Shown here: in pieces, positions 12,310-25,199 of the stretch | Numbering within the stretch: the stretch's first letter is position 1 | Layout of the letters: each line of letters starts with the position of its first letter | Assembly: GCF_001194135.2 (NCBI RefSeq) | Contig: NC_068998.1 | Coordinates: 31,071,996-31,135,995, forward strand | Length of the DNA: 64,000 nucleotides | Direction: 5' to 3' | Origin: Octopus bimaculoides | Taxonomy: Eukaryota | Translations under genes and position numbers: made by a program | The notes under the pieces: generated by a model | Told to the model about the DNA's origin: nothing | What the model saw: only the letters and a program-made list of their open reading frames with translations | The model's database searches: none

Positions 12310-14714
12310 ATATCTGCCTGTCGGTCGGTCTTTACAGCTGGATGCCCTTCCTAACACCAACCACNNNNNNNNNNNNNNNNNNNNNNNNNNNNNNNNNNNN
12401 NNNNNNNNNNNNNNNNNNNNNNNNNNNNNNNNNNNNNNNNNNNNNNNNNNNNNNNNNNNNNNNNNNNNNNNNNNNNNNNNNNNNNNNNNNNNNNNNNNNN
12501 NNNNNNNNNNNNNNNNNNNNNNNNNNNNNNNNNNNNNNNNNNNNNNNNNNNNNNNNNNNNNNNNNNNNNNNNNNNNNNNNNNNNNNNNNNNNNNNNNNNN
12601 NNNNNNNNNNNNNNNNNNNNNNNNNNNNNNNNTTTACAGTGTGGGCTGGATGCTTTTAAGTGGCACCTGCACTGACAGGGTCACCAAGTACTTGCCAAAT
12701 ATTAAAAAAAAAACTTCTAAGAGGGGAAGAGGCATTGGAAGAGGTGATGATGAAAAGTTTATAGTGAGACAGATGCAGGTGTCTTGTTGTATAGGAAGTA
12801 CAAGGTTACCCAGCCAAAAAGAGAGAGAAAGATCCGGAATGGAAACAGAAACAGGTGTGCTACCACAAAGAAAATACACAGGTGCCCAACCCGAGGGAAG
12901 TGTGGGAGACAGCAGGATAGAGATGGTGGCAAAATGCTGGGCATACTCACAAGGAACGGTGATTAGAATATAAATCAGATGGTTGAGTAAAGGAAGAGAG
13001 CGATATAGATGGTAACAAGTCCCAGAGCATACCCTTGAGGTTCAAATGCCTTACTATAAGTGGCTGGATATTGTGAAGGGAGTGCGATTAAAGAGTGCAA
13101 GTAAGTGGTGAAAGACCTGAGTATATATAAAGTTGGAAGGGCTACCGGATAGCAATGATGCAGAGGAATAGGGGTGTGAGAAGAGATGTAGATTGGTTTG
13201 TTCGGGTAGGGTGATGGAAAAGTTTTCTTGTTCCAAGTGGGTGGAACACCTAGGTCAGGGGCTAGCAGATAGCAATAATACAGTGAGTGAGATGGGGCAT
13301 GTGGATAAAACGCACAGGTCAGGGGCAAGTGGAGAGCAATGATACAGTGGCACCAGGCCAAGAGAACAGGATTGGGGAGCGGGAGGTAATTATAGTACAT
13401 TAAGCAGAAATGTGAAGAAGAGAAGTGATGTAGAGACGTAGTTTGGTTTGTTGTGGTAGTGTGGGTGGGACGCAGTGCTTCTAAAACTCAGTTCCGCTGA
13501 TGTGGGTGGATTTTCTCAAAAATTTCATATCACTAGGCATCTTGGTCCATTGTCATTTCCTCTGAGACCCAGCTTCTTGAGATTGGTCCTTACCACTTCA
13601 TCCGATGTCTTCCTGGGTCTCCTTCCATGGGTACCATCCACTTTCAGTGATTGGCACTTCTTTATGCAGCTGTCCTCATTCATATACATCATTTGTCTAA
13701 ACCAATGTAGTCTTCTCTCTTGCATGCTACATTGGATTCCTCTTATGCTCAACTTTTCTCTCAGTACATTTGCACATGTCTTCATGTGCACTGATGTTGC
13801 ACATCCATTGGAGCATACTACTTTCGTTTCTCTCCAGTCTACACATGTCTTCTTCATTCAGAGCCCATGTCTTGTTACCATAGAGTATAGCTGTTCGTAC
13901 ATAAGCATCATTTAATCTACCTTTCATTCTTGTGAGAGAGAGAGTCCTTTTATTGTCAACAGTGATAATAGTTCTCTGAACTTCCTCCACCCAATTCTTA
14001 TTCTAGAAACAATACTTTCTAATACATTGCTAATTTGGTCACCTAGGTAACAGAAACAATCTATAACTTCAAGAGAGCCTCCTGGGCATTTGAGAGAATT
14101 TAATTCCCATATGCTCTTAATGCTTATTGTTCCTGCACATCTGCCACATACAAAGACTACTTTATCAGTTAACCTATTCATGATACCACTGCACCTCTTA
14201 TGTGTCTATACTTTACACTGGGTGCAGTGAGTGAAATTTCTTCCAACTCCTTTCCTACATATGGAGCAGGGCCATTTACCTGATGGAAAGAAAGTTTTAT
14301 CTTCTTTCTTACTAACAACAACTTTGGTCTTTGCTAGGTTAACTTTAAAGCCCTTTGATTCCAGGTTTTGTTTCCATACCTGGAATTTCTTCTCCAATTC
14401 TGCTAAAGATTCTGCAATGAGAGCAAGGTCATCATCAGTGTTTAGAAGTTCCCACAGGTACCCAGTTTTGAATTCTGTTGTGGCCTGGAGGACTATAGTG
14501 AATAAGAGTGGGCTGAGAACTGAGCCCTGGTGGACCTCTGCCTGAACATTAAATTCATCACTGTATTCATGGCCAACTCTCACCTTAGTGACAGCACCAC
14601 TGTACATGGCTTGGACAGCTCTAACAAGTCACTCCTCTACTCCTAACTTCTTTAGAGACCACCATATAACAAAGCGGGGAACTCTGTTGAAAGGTTTCTC
14701 CAGCTCAACGAAGG
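12310..14714 (-). mobile_element. RTE-clade LINE, 5'-truncated, with long pyrimidine-rich 3' UTR
   Basis: RT pieces VHQGSVLSPLLF, degenerate YADD region, GRKWPCSICRKGVG, RLHWF; terminal tail motif shared with other RTE copies at 12310-12364 and 12632-12690. Confidence 0.85.
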
Positions 14715-14718
14715 TTAA

Positions 14719-14890
14719 CCCTTTCGATACTAACCTGGCCGTAGCCAGCTGAAAAACCTTTTGGTTCATAAGACCAACCCAGCCATAGCTGGCTGAGAGT
14801 ACCATTGTTATTTAAATGTGAATTTAAGCACAAATCTCGTTAGTACATTTGTGAAAATATGTGATTTCACTTTGTAAATAGTTGAGTTAT
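14719..14890 (+). mobile_element. piggyBac 5'-end fragment (same family as 8492-11203)
   Basis: TTAA + CCCTTTCGATACTA and subterminal similarity to 26373-26545; no partner TIR nearby. Confidence 0.75.
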
Positions 14891-15790
14891 AGGAGAAGGA
14901 ATTAAACCTTTTCCTTAGATTAGAAAGTTCATTATCATCTTCAAAACGAATTTATAAACAAGTTTCAATTTGTACAGTACTAAGGGACACATGCACTGTC
15001 TGGCAAGTCTGTTGTATAGGATGTTAAAAGTTTTTTGGGGATTTAAACCTGATGGTATGAAAAAATTTATACATACATGTATGTATATATTTATGACAAG
15101 TTAGTGTAGGTATGAACAAGGAGTGGTGGGAAAGGCTCCTGAACAACAGCTGAACTTTAAAGTAAGATTAGTCAATAGGGTAGGTTATATGAAGATATGG
15201 GGTGTAGCAAAATTTGTTGTTGTGATGTAATTGTTTGTGTGGAGAACATGTGAGTAGATGAAAGGTAAGTAAAGTGAGATAGAAAAGCCACTCCATGTCA
15301 TTCACTCTTTTTTTTCTACTCTTTTATTTGTTTCAGTCATTTGACTGTGGCCATGTTGTAGCACCGCCTTTAGTCAAATAAATCGACCCCAGGACTTACT
15401 CTTTGTAAGCCTAGTATTTATTCTATTGGTCTCTTTTGCTGAACCACTAAGTTATGGGGATGTAAACACACCAACATCAGTTGTCAAGCAATGGTGGGAG
15501 GACAAACATAGACACACAAATACATACATACCAATAATAATAGGAGCACTATGTTTTGTTAGTAAATGCTTATAGGAGAATCTGGTTAAACTGGGAATTC
15601 GTACATTACAAGTGCAATCAGTGAGTTAAACAGTAAAAATATGCAAGACTTTTCTCAAGTTACAAATGTGAATTTGTCTGTGTTAACTACATCCCAAAGT
15701 GGAGCCTTGTAACTTTGTTGGAAACCGGCTCTCTCCTCAGTGGAAGGTTTATAATAATTAAAAAATAGAAGACAACCCACCACACACATG

Positions 15791-15949
15791 ACAGGCTTCT
15801 TTCAGTTTCCGTCTACCAAATCCATTCACAAGGCTTTGGTCAGCCCTAGGCTATAGTAGAAGACACTTGCCCAAGGTGCCATGCAGTGGGACTGAACCCG
15901 GAATCATGTGGTTGGGAAGCAAGCGTCTTACCACACAGCTACTCCTGTG
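15791..15949 (-). mobile_element. tRNA-derived SINE (CORE-like CCTTGGGCAAGT motif)
   Basis: A/B-box-like head; same family as 32963-33122. Confidence 0.75.
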
Positions 15950-16006
15950 CTATTCAGTTCACTTTTGTTGTTGATTCTCAAGTCATTATTATTCTAGTCA
16001 ATGGAA

Positions 16007-16219
16007 GTGGTGAGTAGGCATAATTGTTAACATGCTGGGCAAAATGCTTAGCAGCATTTCATTCATCTTCACATTCTGACTTCAAATGTTGCTGGGGTTA
16101 ACTTTGCCTTCCATCCTTTCAGGGTTGATAAAATAAGTACCAGCTGAGCACTGGGGTTGACATGATTGACTTACTCCCTCTCCTGAAACTACTGGCATTG
16201 TGTCAAAATTGAAACCAAC
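16007..16219 (+). mobile_element. tRNA-derived SINE (family of 5158-5388)
   Basis: Similar head and CTTTGCCTTCCATCCTTTCAGGG...AAGTACC domain. Confidence 0.75.
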
Positions 16220-16399
16220 ATTCTGGTCAATGACTAAGTTTGATATTCTTACTACATGGTTACAACATTTGTGAAGATATTCTCAACTGAGGAAATTCAT
16301 GTATATAGGTGTGCTTTGATACTGATGTGAAGTTTCCAGATTGTACTGCTGTTATGGCGATCATGTATAACATTTTAACTAGTTAAATACTTATGCATG

Positions 16400-16985
16400 T
16401 AGACACATGTTTGTATCACAGAGAGGGCCATTTGTTAGCATATATGTGTTGTTGGTCTCAGGGTGTTGTTTTTGGTAAGGACTTGACTTAAGGAGGATAC
16501 AGAGTGGACCAGATACATGCCTATCCCCTTTCTCTCAATTGCTTTTTAAATGGCAGAGTATGTACAGTAGTTTATGTAAGCATGTGTTCTTGTAATTCTG
16601 TATTTTATATTGTGGACCTTGTTGAGGATAGGTGAAAGATATGGAGTATTAATTTGGATGTAGTTGTGCTTGGTACCATGGAGTTGGGTTGATATGATGT
16701 GCGTAAAGAGGTCTCTGCAGGTCATTTTCTTAAAGAATTCTGAAATGTTGAGTGTAAAGTGAAGTAAGGGAGAGCCTCTGTTTCATGTGAGTGTTCAATG
16801 ATAAAACCAATGTGTTTATCAATATTATTGAAAGTATCAAAGATAGAATTACCTCCACCATAGGAGAATGTAAGGATATATCCTTGCATGTCATTGATAT
16901 ATCTTGTGGAATTGCAGGTATTAGGTACTAGGCTTTCCAAAACTGAATCCCATGAGTATTCCAAAGTTTTGATTGTAGGTGTGTT
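16400..16985 (-). mobile_element. Penelope-like RT remnant
   Basis: ORF 16722-16964 RYIND...FNNIDKHIGFIIE...ALPYF resembles PLE RT motifs 5-7. Confidence 0.6.
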
Positions 16986-18016
16986 GATTGAAGCTGATGT
17001 TTTTGTGACAATGATATAGAGAGGAGTTGGTGGATGTCTGTGGTGAGATTGTAATAATGGAGGTTAAAAGAGACAACTAGTTGGTTACAAAGTTAATAGC
17101 TGCAAGGGTAGGTTCAAAAGTTTAGAGAAATATTACATGTGCATACTTGTGGTGCTTGCATGTATCATTTTACATATTTTGATTAACTTGGAGGTTTGTA
17201 CAAGCAGTTATTGCTTTTACACATATTGCAATGTTTCTAGTCAGTCATCAGTGTGTGGCTATAATGACATAATGTATTCATTTTGACTCTCTGTTCTGAG
17301 TTTGAATTCAGCCTGAGACTTCAAAGTAGAAGATATTCATGGCGGTGCACATTAAGATTGAACCTGGAACTATGTGCATCTCAAAAAAACTTCTTAAGGA
17401 AAGCCAATACTTATGTCTGCTTTCTAACCTTTTAAGTTGGTAGTCATTGTACTATATTTTGGGAAATGTTGTGAAATGGTTTTCTAAAGAAAGTTTAATG
17501 AAGAAAAACTTCATAGAAAGTTGGAACTGTTAGTTGAGTATAAAGTAACTAAAGTAGAATTGGATCAATAGAAAGAATATGCCAAGTAAAATATTTGGAT
17601 CATTTCTTTGATAATTTTGGCTAAGTATGCTGAATAGTGATGATGACAAGAGTGGTGTATGTTTGAATTGCAAAGCTGTTTCCTTTGAAAATGGACATTA
17701 ATTTTGCTTGAATAAGTTAACTACAATGAAGATTTTTATGAGTACTTTTGTATTGTTGAGGTGTGTGGTTTAATTCCAGATTTCTGGTGTTAAGAACTTA
17801 TAATTCCTTTTCATTTAGACATTGGAAAGCACAATCTATTTCCTTTTGTCTTTTCTGTTGGAATTTTATTACAAGTGAGAGGTGTAAACAATCTCAATTT
17901 ACTAAGTTTCATAATAATTAGAAGAGATTGATATGTCAAAGACCCAGTCTTCAGATTATGTCAATATTAATGATGATGATGATAATGCAACTGATTTATT
18001 TCTGTTTATTTGTCAG

Positions 18017-18136
18017 GCTGTTGCTAGTTGTTATATTGAGTTGATCATCAAAGAGAGTGACAACAACGTGAAGCTCATTGTCCTTGATCGGCTGATTGCT
18101 TTGAAAGAGGTGCCTGCTCATGAGAAAGTTCTTCAG
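18017..18136 (+). CDS. COPB1: Coatomer subunit beta, internal exon ([40 protein letters not shown])
   Basis: CAG acceptor, GTAAGT donor; 120 nt; beta-[20 protein letters not shown] motif; within ORF 17933-18286. Confidence 0.97.
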
Positions 18137-18775
18137 GTAAGTTCCTATAAATTTTTCTTCGTCTTTGATGATCTGCAATCAAAAACCATGCTAGCTTTGA
18201 CCATCCCATCTTTAATTCAGACAGGGTATAGTGAACCTAGGTGTACATTATCCAATGTGTCATTTGTTTATAAGGCAGAAGGCTGAGATTTGCCTATTTC
18301 TAGTTTCCTCTTTTATATTATTGTTGCAAGACAAGTTTGTAGAATTTGGCACACAGTGTCTTCCCAGACTTACATGCTGTGTGTGGTTTACTAGAAATTA
18401 TTCAGATTATTTTGTAACAATCTTCATAAAGATTTATCATGTTGCCTGATTAAACAAAATTGGTTTTATGAAAGTATAGTAAAGTGACAGTGATGACTGA
18501 TTAAAATTTGGATGACTTCCAATCCTACCTGGATCAACTTTGTATATTTGTCTCGGTGGTTGATGAAATAAGTATTGGTCATGTGTATCAAATTTATGGC
18601 ACTGTAACAATATTGCTAATTATCATTATGTCAATTTTAACTGATAAAAGCGTTACCTCTTTTTCTTTTTTCATTCTCTCTACTCACATCTGTCATCTTT
18701 TTTTTATTGATCTCTCTCTACCTCATTTTCACTATCTCTCTACACATCAACATTTTTATTCTCTACTTTTATAAG

Positions 18776-18883
18776 GAATTGGTAATGGACATCCTGCGTG
18801 TATTAGCAGCTCCTGATCTTGAAGTCAGAAAGAAAACATTAAGCTTAGCACTGGATCTTGTCACATCAAGGACAATAGAAGAG
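18776..18883 (+). CDS. COPB1: Coatomer subunit beta, internal exon ([36 protein letters not shown])
   Basis: AAG acceptor, GTAGGT donor; 108 nt; [19 protein letters not shown] motif. Confidence 0.96.
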
Positions 18884-19616
18884 GTAGGTTTTGTTTGAAC
18901 TCTTCCAACTTCACAGTAGGAGTGCCATCACTACATTACATTTATCACAAGATATTTGTCTTATTTTCACTCTGCTAGGCTCCAACACTCTGCTAGGCTC
19001 CAACACTCTGCCATAGTAATTGTGCTATATTTTATTATATATATATATCAATTTTTATTATTTTAATTTGAAAGGACTTTAATGGCTTTTGGTGAACAAA
19101 ACATCAAACAGAGAGAAATATTGTTGTTTAACCCTAGATAGCTCTGATTAAGCATACCTAATGAAAGATGTTCTCCCTATGACATAGTGTATGTAAGGTT
19201 ACATTATTCAGTGTGTAATTTCTTTTTTGGTTGTTTAACTATATAGAAATTTACTTGTTGGTTGATGTTGGCTTAAGAATAATGATAAAAGTTAACGGCA
19301 CCCAGTTTTAGGTAGCTTTCAAGGGTTAATACTTAGTTCCTATTTTATGATATTAAACAAATGAGAGATTAATCTCCTCTACTGGATAAGATACCAATGT
19401 ATTCCCTGATGATCTGGTACCTACACCCAGCATTTATGTGAGTTGAGGTAATGTGGAAGCATAGTTTTCTCACCTGAAATACAATAAAATTTGGATAGAT
19501 TTTAACATTTGATCCTTTAATTTCTCCAGATGTTAGATTAAGTAGAGATGAACAATGATTTATATTCATTTCATTCAATAATCACTAAGCTAATATTTTT
19601 CTGAGTGTTAAGGATC

Positions 19617-20606
19617 TGCCAACGTCGTCTCCTTCATTGGGACATGAAACTCAGCTTGCGAAGACTTATTGGGGCAAGCGAAATCGAAATCGTGATGGCA
19701 CCTGTGCCCAGCGTCGCCTTTCTGGCACTTGTGCCCGCGGCATGTGTAAGGACTTTTGAGTGAGATCGTTGCCAGTGCCCCTAGATTGGCTCTTGTGCGG
19801 GTGACACATAAAATACACCATTTTGAGCGTGGCCATTGCCAGTACCACCAGACTGGCCTTCGTGCCGATGGCACGTAAAAACACCCACTACACTCTCTGA
19901 GTGGTTGGCGTTTAGGAAGGGCATCCAGCTGTAGAAACTCTGCCAAATGCTGTGCGTGAGAAGACCCAGCAAGTCAAGTGAGACCTAAATCTAAGGCCTC
20001 AGCCAGTCCACTTAGGCGTACCTTCCTTCATTGGACACTAAACTCCACTTGCGAAGACCTGTTGAGGCAAGTGAAATCGAAATCGAGTTAAATTGGATAC
20101 TAAACTCCAATTGCGAAGACCTGTTGAGGCAAGTGAAATTGAAATTGAGTTAAATTTGACGACTGGCGCCCATGCCAACATTGTCTCCTTCATTGGACAT
20201 GAAACTCAGCTTGCGAAGACTTATTGGGGCAAGCGAAAGCGAAATTGTGATGGCACCTGTGCCCAGCATCGCCTTTCTGGCACTTGTGCCTGTGGCATGT
20301 GTAAGGACCTTCGAGCGGGATCATTGCCTGGACTGGCTCTTGTGCGGGTGACACATAAAATACACCATTTTGAGCATGGCCGTTGCCAGTACCACCTGAC
20401 TGGCCTTCGTGCCGATAGCACGTAAAAGCACCCTCTACACTCTCTGAGTGGTTGGCGTTAGGAAGGGCATCCAGCTGTAGAAACTCTGCCAAATCAGATT
20501 GGAGCCTGGTGTAGCCATCTGGTTTCACCAGTCCTCAGTCAAATCGTCCAACCCATGCTAGCATGGAAAGCGGACGTTAAACGACAACGACGATGATGAT
20601 GATGAT
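19617..20606 (+). mobile_element. RTE 3'-UTR-only insertion with tandemly duplicated UTR
   Basis: Two UTR copies joined at ~19945; ends in (GAT)n tail. Confidence 0.85.
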
Positions 20607-20989
20607 GTGTGTGTGTGTGTGCACGTGCGCACTCACACACAGTAATATCAATTACTTTAAAGACCAGAGTACATTGATGATTGTGCATTATTATTGTTTA
20701 TTTAATCACGTATGATTTGAACACTATGAATCAATAGAAAATCTTTTGTTCTTTAGTATTCAGTATGGCCAAAGTTATTTCTCTTTTATTCATTTGAACC
20801 AACCAAATCTGACCCCTCTACGAAATTGCTATAAAAAAACAAAACACATTATTGAATTCTCGTAGCTTTGAGAAAATGCAGGATAAAGCCTTTGCCACCT
20901 TTATTCAAATATAAATACTGTGAAATGTTTGAGACCACATGGTTTTTTTGAACATCTGAAGTGAAGTGTATATTTAAGTATTTATCAAT

Positions 20990-22470
20990 ATGGTGTCAGC
21001 AAGTAGCAATTCTGATGTTGAAGGTTTTACTGTTGGTGATATACAAAATGTAAAAGAAAACAACAGTGATTTGTCTTCGGACGAATCTGATATTGATGTC
21101 AATGAATTTTCGTTGGACGAGGAAGAAGATTTTGATAGTGAAAGTGATGAAAATGACGATATTCAAAACATTACTATAACAGGTTGAAAATTACATCACC
21201 CACAATTCCTGATTTCACTGAAAATACTGGTTTACAACACAGTCTATCTTCTGATGCTCAACCATTGGACTATTATTTTTATTTTTAGCAGAAAGTTTTT
21301 TCAAAACTGTCACAGAGGAAATGAATAAATATGTTCAATGAATGATTTCCATTTGTGGAAGACCTGATCAACTATGGCAGCCAACCAATACTGTAGAAAT
21401 GTGTGCTTTTTTACCATAAACATTATGTTTGGTATCAAGCAGCTTTCTCGATTGTGGAACTTCTGGTGTCTCGATGTAAGGTATGGTGATCCATATATCT
21501 CTAGGATTATGTCAAAAACGAGGTATTTGAAAATATCTCAACATTTGCATTTATTTGATTCTGTTAATGCCCCTGCAAGAATGACCCAAGCTACGATTCC
21601 CTGTATAAAGTGTGTCCAGTTATTAATTTACTTTCTGATAGGTATAAAACTGTGTATCTGCCTGGGGAAAATCTCACTGTAGATGAAGCCATGGTAGGCT
21701 GTAAGGATAGGGTACATTTTTAGCAATACATGCCTAGTAAACCCACTAAATGGGGCACCAAGGTATGGGAAGTCTGTGAATCAGACACAGGGTTTTGTGC
21801 AAACTTTTGAGATTTACATGGAGAAAAAATATAAAGGAGACAGACCATATGGATGGTGTATGGTCTTTAACTGAAGCATTTCACCATCATTACCGACCCC
21901 TGTATTTTAACTGTTTGTTTTCTTCAGTGGTTTTGGTGGAACTTCTTGCCCATATAGGCATTTAGATGTGTAGTACTGTGATGAGCAATTGCAAAGGGCT
22001 ACACTGTGAAATAAAAACAACAAAGTTAAAAAAGAGGGAACATTCTTCAGATGCAAAAAGGAATTTGGTAGTAACATGTAAAAACAAAAGACCAATTTTA
22101 TTTCTGTCTACCAATAAATAACCTGGTGTTGGTGCTGAGAGGAAACCTGCAGTAAATATTTCCTACAATAAATATATGGGTGGTGTTGATAAATCCGACC
22201 AGTATAGGGCATACCACCCAGTTGGACGACCTGGAAAAAATGGTGGAGATACATTTTGTAGTTTTTAGTGAATTTAACTATTGTTAATTCAGATATTGTT
22301 TATGTAAAAAGCCACAAGGTACCTTGACCACCAAAGGACAACTGCCATATGAAATTTTGTGTTGACATTGCATCTCAGTTATGTGAGGGCTTTTCTTCCA
22401 CAGAACTGAGAGAAAAGCAATTAATCTGAATGTGAAAGTATTAATTAGTATAATGCGGTTATTGACTGTT
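20990..22470 (+). mobile_element. Older degenerate piggyBac transposase remnant
   Basis: Acidic N-terminus, LTVDEAMVG, YMPSKPTKWG, YMGGVDKSDQY, GRPGKKWW motifs with many stops; TIRs not identified. Confidence 0.8.
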
Positions 22471-22564
22471 TTAACCATCATAATCATTTGACATCTTATT
22501 TACATTGTTTACAATTGATGGATATTTGTCCTCAACACAACGCTTCACCTGATTTACCCTCTAA

Positions 22565-22922
22565 CCTTTATCAGGTGCTTTGGGGAAATTTCGAACCTGG
22601 GTTCTCATTCCTAAGGTATTTTTTGTCGTCGCTGCTGCCGCCGCCGCATATGGGTATAGGGTGTAGTGGTTAAGAGCGCGGGCTACTAACCCCAAGATTC
22701 CGAGTTCGATTCCAGGCAGTGACTTAAATAATAATAATAATAATAACAACAACAACATTGAAAAATACCTTAGGAATGAGAACCCAGGTTCGAAATTTCC
22801 CCAAGACACCTGATGAAGGCTGGAGGGTATATCAGCCGAAACATTGTGTTAACGAACAAGATGAGGACAAATATCCATAAGTTGTAAATAATGTACATAG
22901 TTCCTCATCTCTTAAATATAGA
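22565..22922 (+). mobile_element. Short element: tRNA-like Pol III head + (AAT/AAC)n + hammerhead-bearing tail, with 5' inverted partial tail copy
   Basis: A box GGTGTAGTGG (~22660-22669), B box GAGTTCGATTCC (~22702-22713); 22565-22624 is the reverse complement of 22761-22819; hammerhead at 22805-22850. Confidence 0.8.
22805..22850 (+). ncRNA. Type I hammerhead ribozyme (one helix III mismatch)
   Basis: GACAC-CTGATGA-A-GGCTG(10 nt)CAGCC-GAAA-CAT-T-GTGTT; G16.2 appears mutated to A (CpG decay). Confidence 0.8.
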
Positions 22923-25199
22923 GCTTTTTCATTTGACATCTGTTTTCCATGTTGGTATGGGACGGATGATTTGACAGCATCCTGCAAGCTTCTATGTTCC
23001 ACTGTCAGTTTAGGTGTGGTTTCTATGGTTGTATATCCCTTTTTAATGCCAACTACTTTGCAGAGTGTATAGAGTGCTTCTTTCATGTTATCATTACTAG
23101 TGAGGTTGAAAAGAAAGGAACAGAAAGAAAGTAAAAAAGGGGAGATAAAGGCAACAAAGGAAAATGCCTTCTCAATTATATGGGGAAGGTAGTATTTCAG
23201 AGGGGTAGTGGCATGCCAAGTGTTGAGAAGCTTGATTGTGATAGAGGAACAATCCCAGATAGCTTGTAATAAAGATAAGTGGTGGTGGGATGCTAGAGTA
23301 TCTCAAGATACAGTGGATCATGGGGTGGAGGGAGACAATAGAGAGGGAAAGATTGGGGTAAAGGTGCATGTAATGAGTGATGGTGAGAGATATAGGAGTG
23401 GGTGTGATGAGGTTATTGAGAGTGATAGCAGGTAAGAGAGGTATTAAGAATGGAATATGGCAAAGGAGAGCAATGGCTGAAGGCAGAAAAGGAGGTGGTT
23501 GATGGAAATACTGTGGGCGGGGATGATAATGAGAAATGGAAGTGGCTCAGTCATGTCACTCTTCTATGTAGCATTACTGTAAGTACTCCAGCATCATAAA
23601 TCTGCCTTTCACTTGGAGATAAAGATGTTTTGTTGCCAACAAACATAACAACTCTGAATCTTCGTCATCCCATTATTATTCTAGCAACCATTATTTTGAA
23701 CATCGTCCTCCACAACTAATTAGGACAAATGAGTTTCGCTTAATTTAAGAACACTTTTGAAAAGATATTTTAATATTCAGTATTGTACTCTAATTCAGGC
23801 AAACTATTAATAAGTACTTTATTGTACCAGCCTAAGATTTGTTGTGAAAGCCCATCAATAGAGTTGGAATTGGGAATTGTCCAACTGCAAAAGCTAATAT
23901 GGCTTAACAAGTCATAATTGTTGAAGTTGGATGCTCAGTAACTGCTACTCACTATAAAATTGACTGTTCTGTCCATCCTTATCTGAGCAGCCATGTAAAA
24001 CTACCAAAAGTATGGCCTGGTACATTCATCATTTGTCTATAAAAAACAGAAAAATGCCTGCTGTTTATATACTGGATAGCACGCAACAGAAATACCGCTT
24101 GCAAATTGGAAACAGCATCATAAAATATTGATCAAAGAGATTTGAGCTTATGGGAAATGTTGCACTTTACAAAATGTACATTTCTCTGAAAAACTTTGTG
24201 CCCACATTCATTTTGCTTTTAAGAATTGCACATCAACAGAATAGTCAAAACTCTTGAGGTCGGATGTGTCCAATTTTAATTTTGTTCAGTTCTGATGCCT
24301 GAGTGTTAGTCTTGAAGAAGAATTTCATCCAGGATGCTTGAATTTTACAGTTAAGCATGCTGGTGGAATTGTCAGTGCTGCATGTCTGGTAGAGGAGTCC
24401 CATATATTAGGTATAAGGTACAGTACAGACTCTCTAGAGCAGATGATTGTGCGAACTGTACACACACAGGAAGATGAATACATAGTTGGATGTTAGCCAT
24501 TGAATAAGGAGAGACAGGATGGAAAGTGAAGTGACCTGCAGCAGGTCAGCAGTCAAAATGAATTAAGGTGGCAGGTAGAGGAATGAAATCATGGGAAGAT
24601 ATAAAGGCATTGTGACACAATTAGAATGGAACAGAGAAGAGGAGGAGGGAGAGAACAGACTGCAGTGAAAAAGAAAAGATGAGAGAGAGAAAAAACGAAA
24701 TGAGTGGAAGTGGTTGCTGAGAAATTGACATAAATGTAAAATAAAAACTTTTCCTATGGTGTTACTTGCAGAAAAGAAAAATAAATAAGCATGAACGACT
24801 GGTAAAACACAGGGCAAGATACAAACAAGGTCATCATACTCTTTCATCAGCTGTTGACTGGGGGTCAGTGCAATTTTGGTTCACTAATCAACAAAACTGC
24901 ACACTCACCCCAGCATGCTTGAGTTTTGGTGTCAAGACAGGACAACAAGTATGCAAAATTAAACAAAAACATATAGCTCTTAAAGCTAAGACAAACAAAA
25001 TATAGAAAGAAGTTACAGAGGATATTAAACAGTAAAATAACTCAACAAAAAAAAATATATAATAAACTGGAGGCAAAGTGAGTCTGAAGCAGTGGATGTT
25101 GGACACTACTATGCAGTCAGTCAATAGGTTGACCGCCGAGTGTGCTGGTACTATTGTGTACATTGAGACAACATCAAGACTAAAGGCTTACTTGTTTTG

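Noticed and set aside
17933-18286. ORF-track products overlapping exons (also 18707-18898, 54372-54677)
   Set aside because: Only the splice-bounded cores match beta-COP; the extensions are intronic read-through.
19980-20240. Regularly spaced repeats resembling a CRISPR array
   Set aside because: The units are diverged sub-repeats of an RTE 3' UTR; there are no unique spacers or cas genes, and the context is eukaryotic.
22652-22722. Possible tRNA gene
   Set aside because: No acceptor-stem pairing, no poly-T terminator and an atypical ACT anticodon; treated as an element head. The same applies to the other SINE heads.
23600-24480. Moderately complex stretch considered as Helitron or nested-gene coding
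   Set aside because: No convincing motif or open frame on either strand; a translated search would be needed.
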